Shown here piece by piece: positions 61,010-64,000 of a DNA stretch of 64,000 nucleotides. Source of the stretch: Chiloscyllium plagiosum (lineage: Eukaryota); NCBI RefSeq assembly GCF_004010195.1, contig NC_057752.1:14475355-14539354 (forward strand), written 5' to 3'. The notes below the pieces were generated by a model. It had not been told where the DNA came from and did not search any database. It was given only the letters and a program-made list of their open reading frames with translations. The first letter of the stretch is position 1; every line of letters begins with the position of its first letter. The position numbers and the translations under genes are program-made.

Positions 61010-62075
61010 CTGAGGACCCATTGATTCCAGTTTTGCCAGGGCTCCTTGATGCCACACTCGGTCGAATGCTGCCTTGATGTCAAGGGCTGTCCCTCTCCCC
61101 TCCCCTCTGGAATTCAGCTCTTTTGTCCATGTTTCAACCAAGGCTGTAATGAGGTCAGGAGCTGAGTGACCCCGGTGGAACCCAAACTGGGTGTCACTGA
61201 GCAGGGTATTGCTGAGCAGTTGGTGCTTGATAGCACTGTTGGTGACACCTTCCATCACTTTCCTGATGATCGAGAGGAGACTGATGGGGCAGTAATTCAC
61301 CAGGTTGGATTTGAAATGCTTTCTGTGTACAGGACATACCTGGGCAATTTTCCACATTGTCGGGTAGATGCCAGTGTTGTAACTGTACTGGAACAGCTTG
61401 GCTCGGGGAGCGGCAGGTTCTGGAGCACAGGTCTTCAGTCCTATTGCTGGAATGTTGTCTGGACCCATAGCATTTGCAGTATCCAGTGTCTCCAACCGTT
61501 TCTTGATATCACGTGGAGTGAATCAGATTGGCTGAAGACTGGGATCTGTGATGCTGGGGATCACTGGAGGAGGCCGAGGTGGATCATCCACTCAACACTT
61601 CTGGCTGAAGATTGCTGTGAAAGCTTCAGCCTGACCTTTTGCCCTGATGTGCTGGGCTCCTCCATCATTGAGGACGGGGATATTTGTGGGGGCTCCTCCT
61701 CCAGTGAGTTGTGAAATCACCCACCACCATTCACGACTGGATGTGGCAGCACTGCAGAGCTTAGATCTGATCCAGTGATTGTGGGATTGCTTAGCTCTGT
61801 CTATCACTTGCTGCTTTTGCTGTTTGACATGCAAGTAATCCTGTTGTTGGCTTCACCAGGTTAACATCTCATCCTCAGGAATGCCCAGTGCTGCTCCTGC
61901 CATACCCTCCTGCACTCTCCATTGAACCAGGGTTGATTCCCTGGCTTGATGGTAATGGTTGAGTGGGGGATATGCCGGGCCATGAGGTTACAGATTGTGC
62001 TGGAGTACAGTTCTCCTGCTGTTGATGGCCCACAGTGCCTCATGGATGCCCAGTCCTGAGTTGCTAGACCTGTTC
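61010..62075 (-). mobile_element. Second LINE family, RT region
   Basis: AMGPDNIPAIGLKTCAPE...NYCPISLLSII...QFGFHRGHSAPDL...LDIKAAFDRVWHQG. Confidence 0.92.
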
Positions 62076-63100
62076 GTTGGGCCAACAAGTTACAGATCTT
62101 GGTTGAAAACAATTCTGCTGCTGCTTCTGGCCCACAACAACTCATAGGGCTTTCCCCCAGGGTAGATTCTATTGACAGAAAGTTGTACAGATTCGGGAGA
62201 GAAAGAACTTTGTGATCTGTACAGCCAAGCTTTTCCACATTGAGAAGGAGGAGGTGATGCTGTACTGATTGACGTCCATTGGCTTTTCCTTTGGAGGATT
62301 GGTGGGATGCTGAGCAAGGAGAGGCCCTCCTGTGGAAGGACCAATACACTGATGCCAAAGCCCCTCTTCAAACATTGTTGTTTGCAAAGCCGGTTTCCCC
62401 TGATGGCTGTTAGCTATCTCCAAATCAACAACATCGGGTGTTGGTATCTCCCACGTTTGAGACAGGAAATAGGATGATTGTGAATGTAACTTTGCAAATG
62501 ACTGGTGTTGATTGGAACCACACCCATTCTTGTCTAATGTCAAAATGAATTCAAGGTAGTAAAGTCTAACTACGTAATCATAAAAGCATTTGTACTTGTT
62601 CCTTTTCAATCCAATGGCATTACGATTGCTTCAATATCAATCCATGACTGCTCTCCTGCCGTTGATATGGCTCTGGTTTGAGACCATTGTCTTGGTGTCC
62701 CCAAAAACGAGTTGCCCACCTTGGGAAGCTCAATTATTTTTTCATTTGCTAAGTGTCACTGATTGAGCCAGTGCTTATTTCCCCTTGAGAAGGTGGGGGT
62801 GAGCTGCCTTCTTGAACCGCTGCAGTCCACGTGCTGTGGGTTGACCCACAATGCCCTGAGGGAGGGAATTCCAGGATTTTGACCCAGCCACACTGAAGGA
62901 ATGGCGATATATTTCCAAGTAAGGATGGTGAGGGGCTTGGAGGGGACCTTGAAGGTACTGGTTTTTGATTCACACTCTATCCACCACCTTCAACATTCAT
63001 TCCCTTCATCACCATGTCATTGTGCATTATCTAGAAGTGCAGCATATTCCCAAGCCTACTTCACTAAGAACTTCCAAACCCACAATCACTGTGGGTTTGT

Positions 63101-63221
63101 GGGCGGCACGGTGGCATAGTGGTTAGCACTGCTGCTTCACAGCGCCAGAGACCCGGGTTCAGTTCCCGCCTCAGGCGTTGGGCCGAAGGGCCTGTTTCCA
63201 CACTGTAATCTAATCTAATCT
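63101..63221 (+). mobile_element. Internally deleted SINE (tRNA head fused to LINE-like tail)
   Basis: Head ends CCCGCCTCAGGC and joins GTTGGGCCGAAGGGCC; AATCACTGT repeated at 63084 and 63222. Confidence 0.85.
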
Positions 63222-63299
63222 AATCACTGTCATCTAGAAGGACAATGGCAGTAGCTATATGGCCACACCACCCCCTGCAATTTCCCCTCCAAGTTGCAT

Positions 63300-63960
63300 G
63301 TCAATACAGTCTCTCACCATTTCATTTTGCCATTGTGTTTATGTGGTGAGTCCAGTTGAGTTTCTGGTGAGTGGTAGTCCCCAGGATGTTCATAATGAGG
63401 GATTCAATGATGGTAACAGCATTGATTATCAAAGGATGGTGGTTAGATTATCTCTTATTGGAGATGGTCATTGTCTGGCACTTGTGTGGTGCGACTGTTG
63501 CTTATCCCTGTATATTATCCTGGTCTTACTGCATTTGGACACGGACTGCTTCAGTATCTGAAGAGTCGCAAATGGTGCTGAACGTTGTGCGAAGACCTCC
63601 ACTTCTGACCGAATGATGCGGGGAGGGGGGGGGAGAGAGGGGAGGAGGTCATTGATGAAGCAGCTGAAGGTAGTTGGGTCTAGGACACTACCCTAAAGAA
63701 CACCTGCAGAGATGTCCCGGAGATGACTGACCTCCAGCAACCACAATCATCTTCCCCAGTGCCAAGTATGACTCCAACCAGCAGAGAGTTTGCCCTTAAA
63801 TACCCCTTGATTCCAGTTTTGCCAGGGCTCCTTGATGCTGCACTCAGTCAAATGCAGCCTTGATGTCCAGGGCTGTTACTCTCACCTCACCACATGAGTC
63901 TGTAAAGAACTCTTGTGCCCAAGGGCCCTGGTGAAACCCGAACTGCACATCGGTGAGTGG
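63300..63960 (-). mobile_element. Second LINE family, old RT fragment
   Basis: Homologous to 61020-61200 (GATTCCAGTTTTGCCAGGGCTCCTTGATG); GVL*GSVLDPTTFSCFINDL. Confidence 0.75.
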
Positions 63961-64000
63961 TTTGTCAAAGTACTGCTGATGTCATGCTCTGTGAGTTTGC

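Noticed and set aside
62169..62609. 146-aa minus-strand ORF as a gene
   Set aside because: No recognisable domain; an adjacent frame (CCGPEAAAELFSTKICNLLAQ) resembles the neighbouring LINE ORF2.

Overview
Eukaryotic, repeat-dense genomic DNA, almost certainly from an elasmobranch (shark). The evidence is HE1/V-SINE-type SINEs, abundant CR1 LINEs and a 33-bp CAGTGCTGAGGGAGTGCCGCACTG repeat. Two host genes are visible, head-to-head. (1) The 5' part of SLC11A2 (DMT1/NRAMP2) lies on the minus strand, with four spliceable coding exons: 25851-25884, 22441-22506, 17069-17193 and 13239-13361. The rest of the gene is outside the window or in gaps. (2) The first coding exon of BIN2 lies on the plus strand (53080-53163) and is absent from the ORF track. 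The remainder is a >7-kb 31-bp satellite, four assembly gaps, nested CR1, Tx1, Rex and other LINEs, Penelope-like elements, SINEs, two probable solo LTRs and a Gypsy gag relic. The most notable observations are two apparently duplicated 34-nt start-codon exons in SLC11A2, minimal hammerhead ribozyme motifs in several Penelope-like families, and a near-identical ~480-bp inverted repeat carrying the same SINE in both arms. Repeat boundaries are approximate, and family and gene assignments come from recognition, not database searches. I cannot support a wholly new biological system from this sequence alone.
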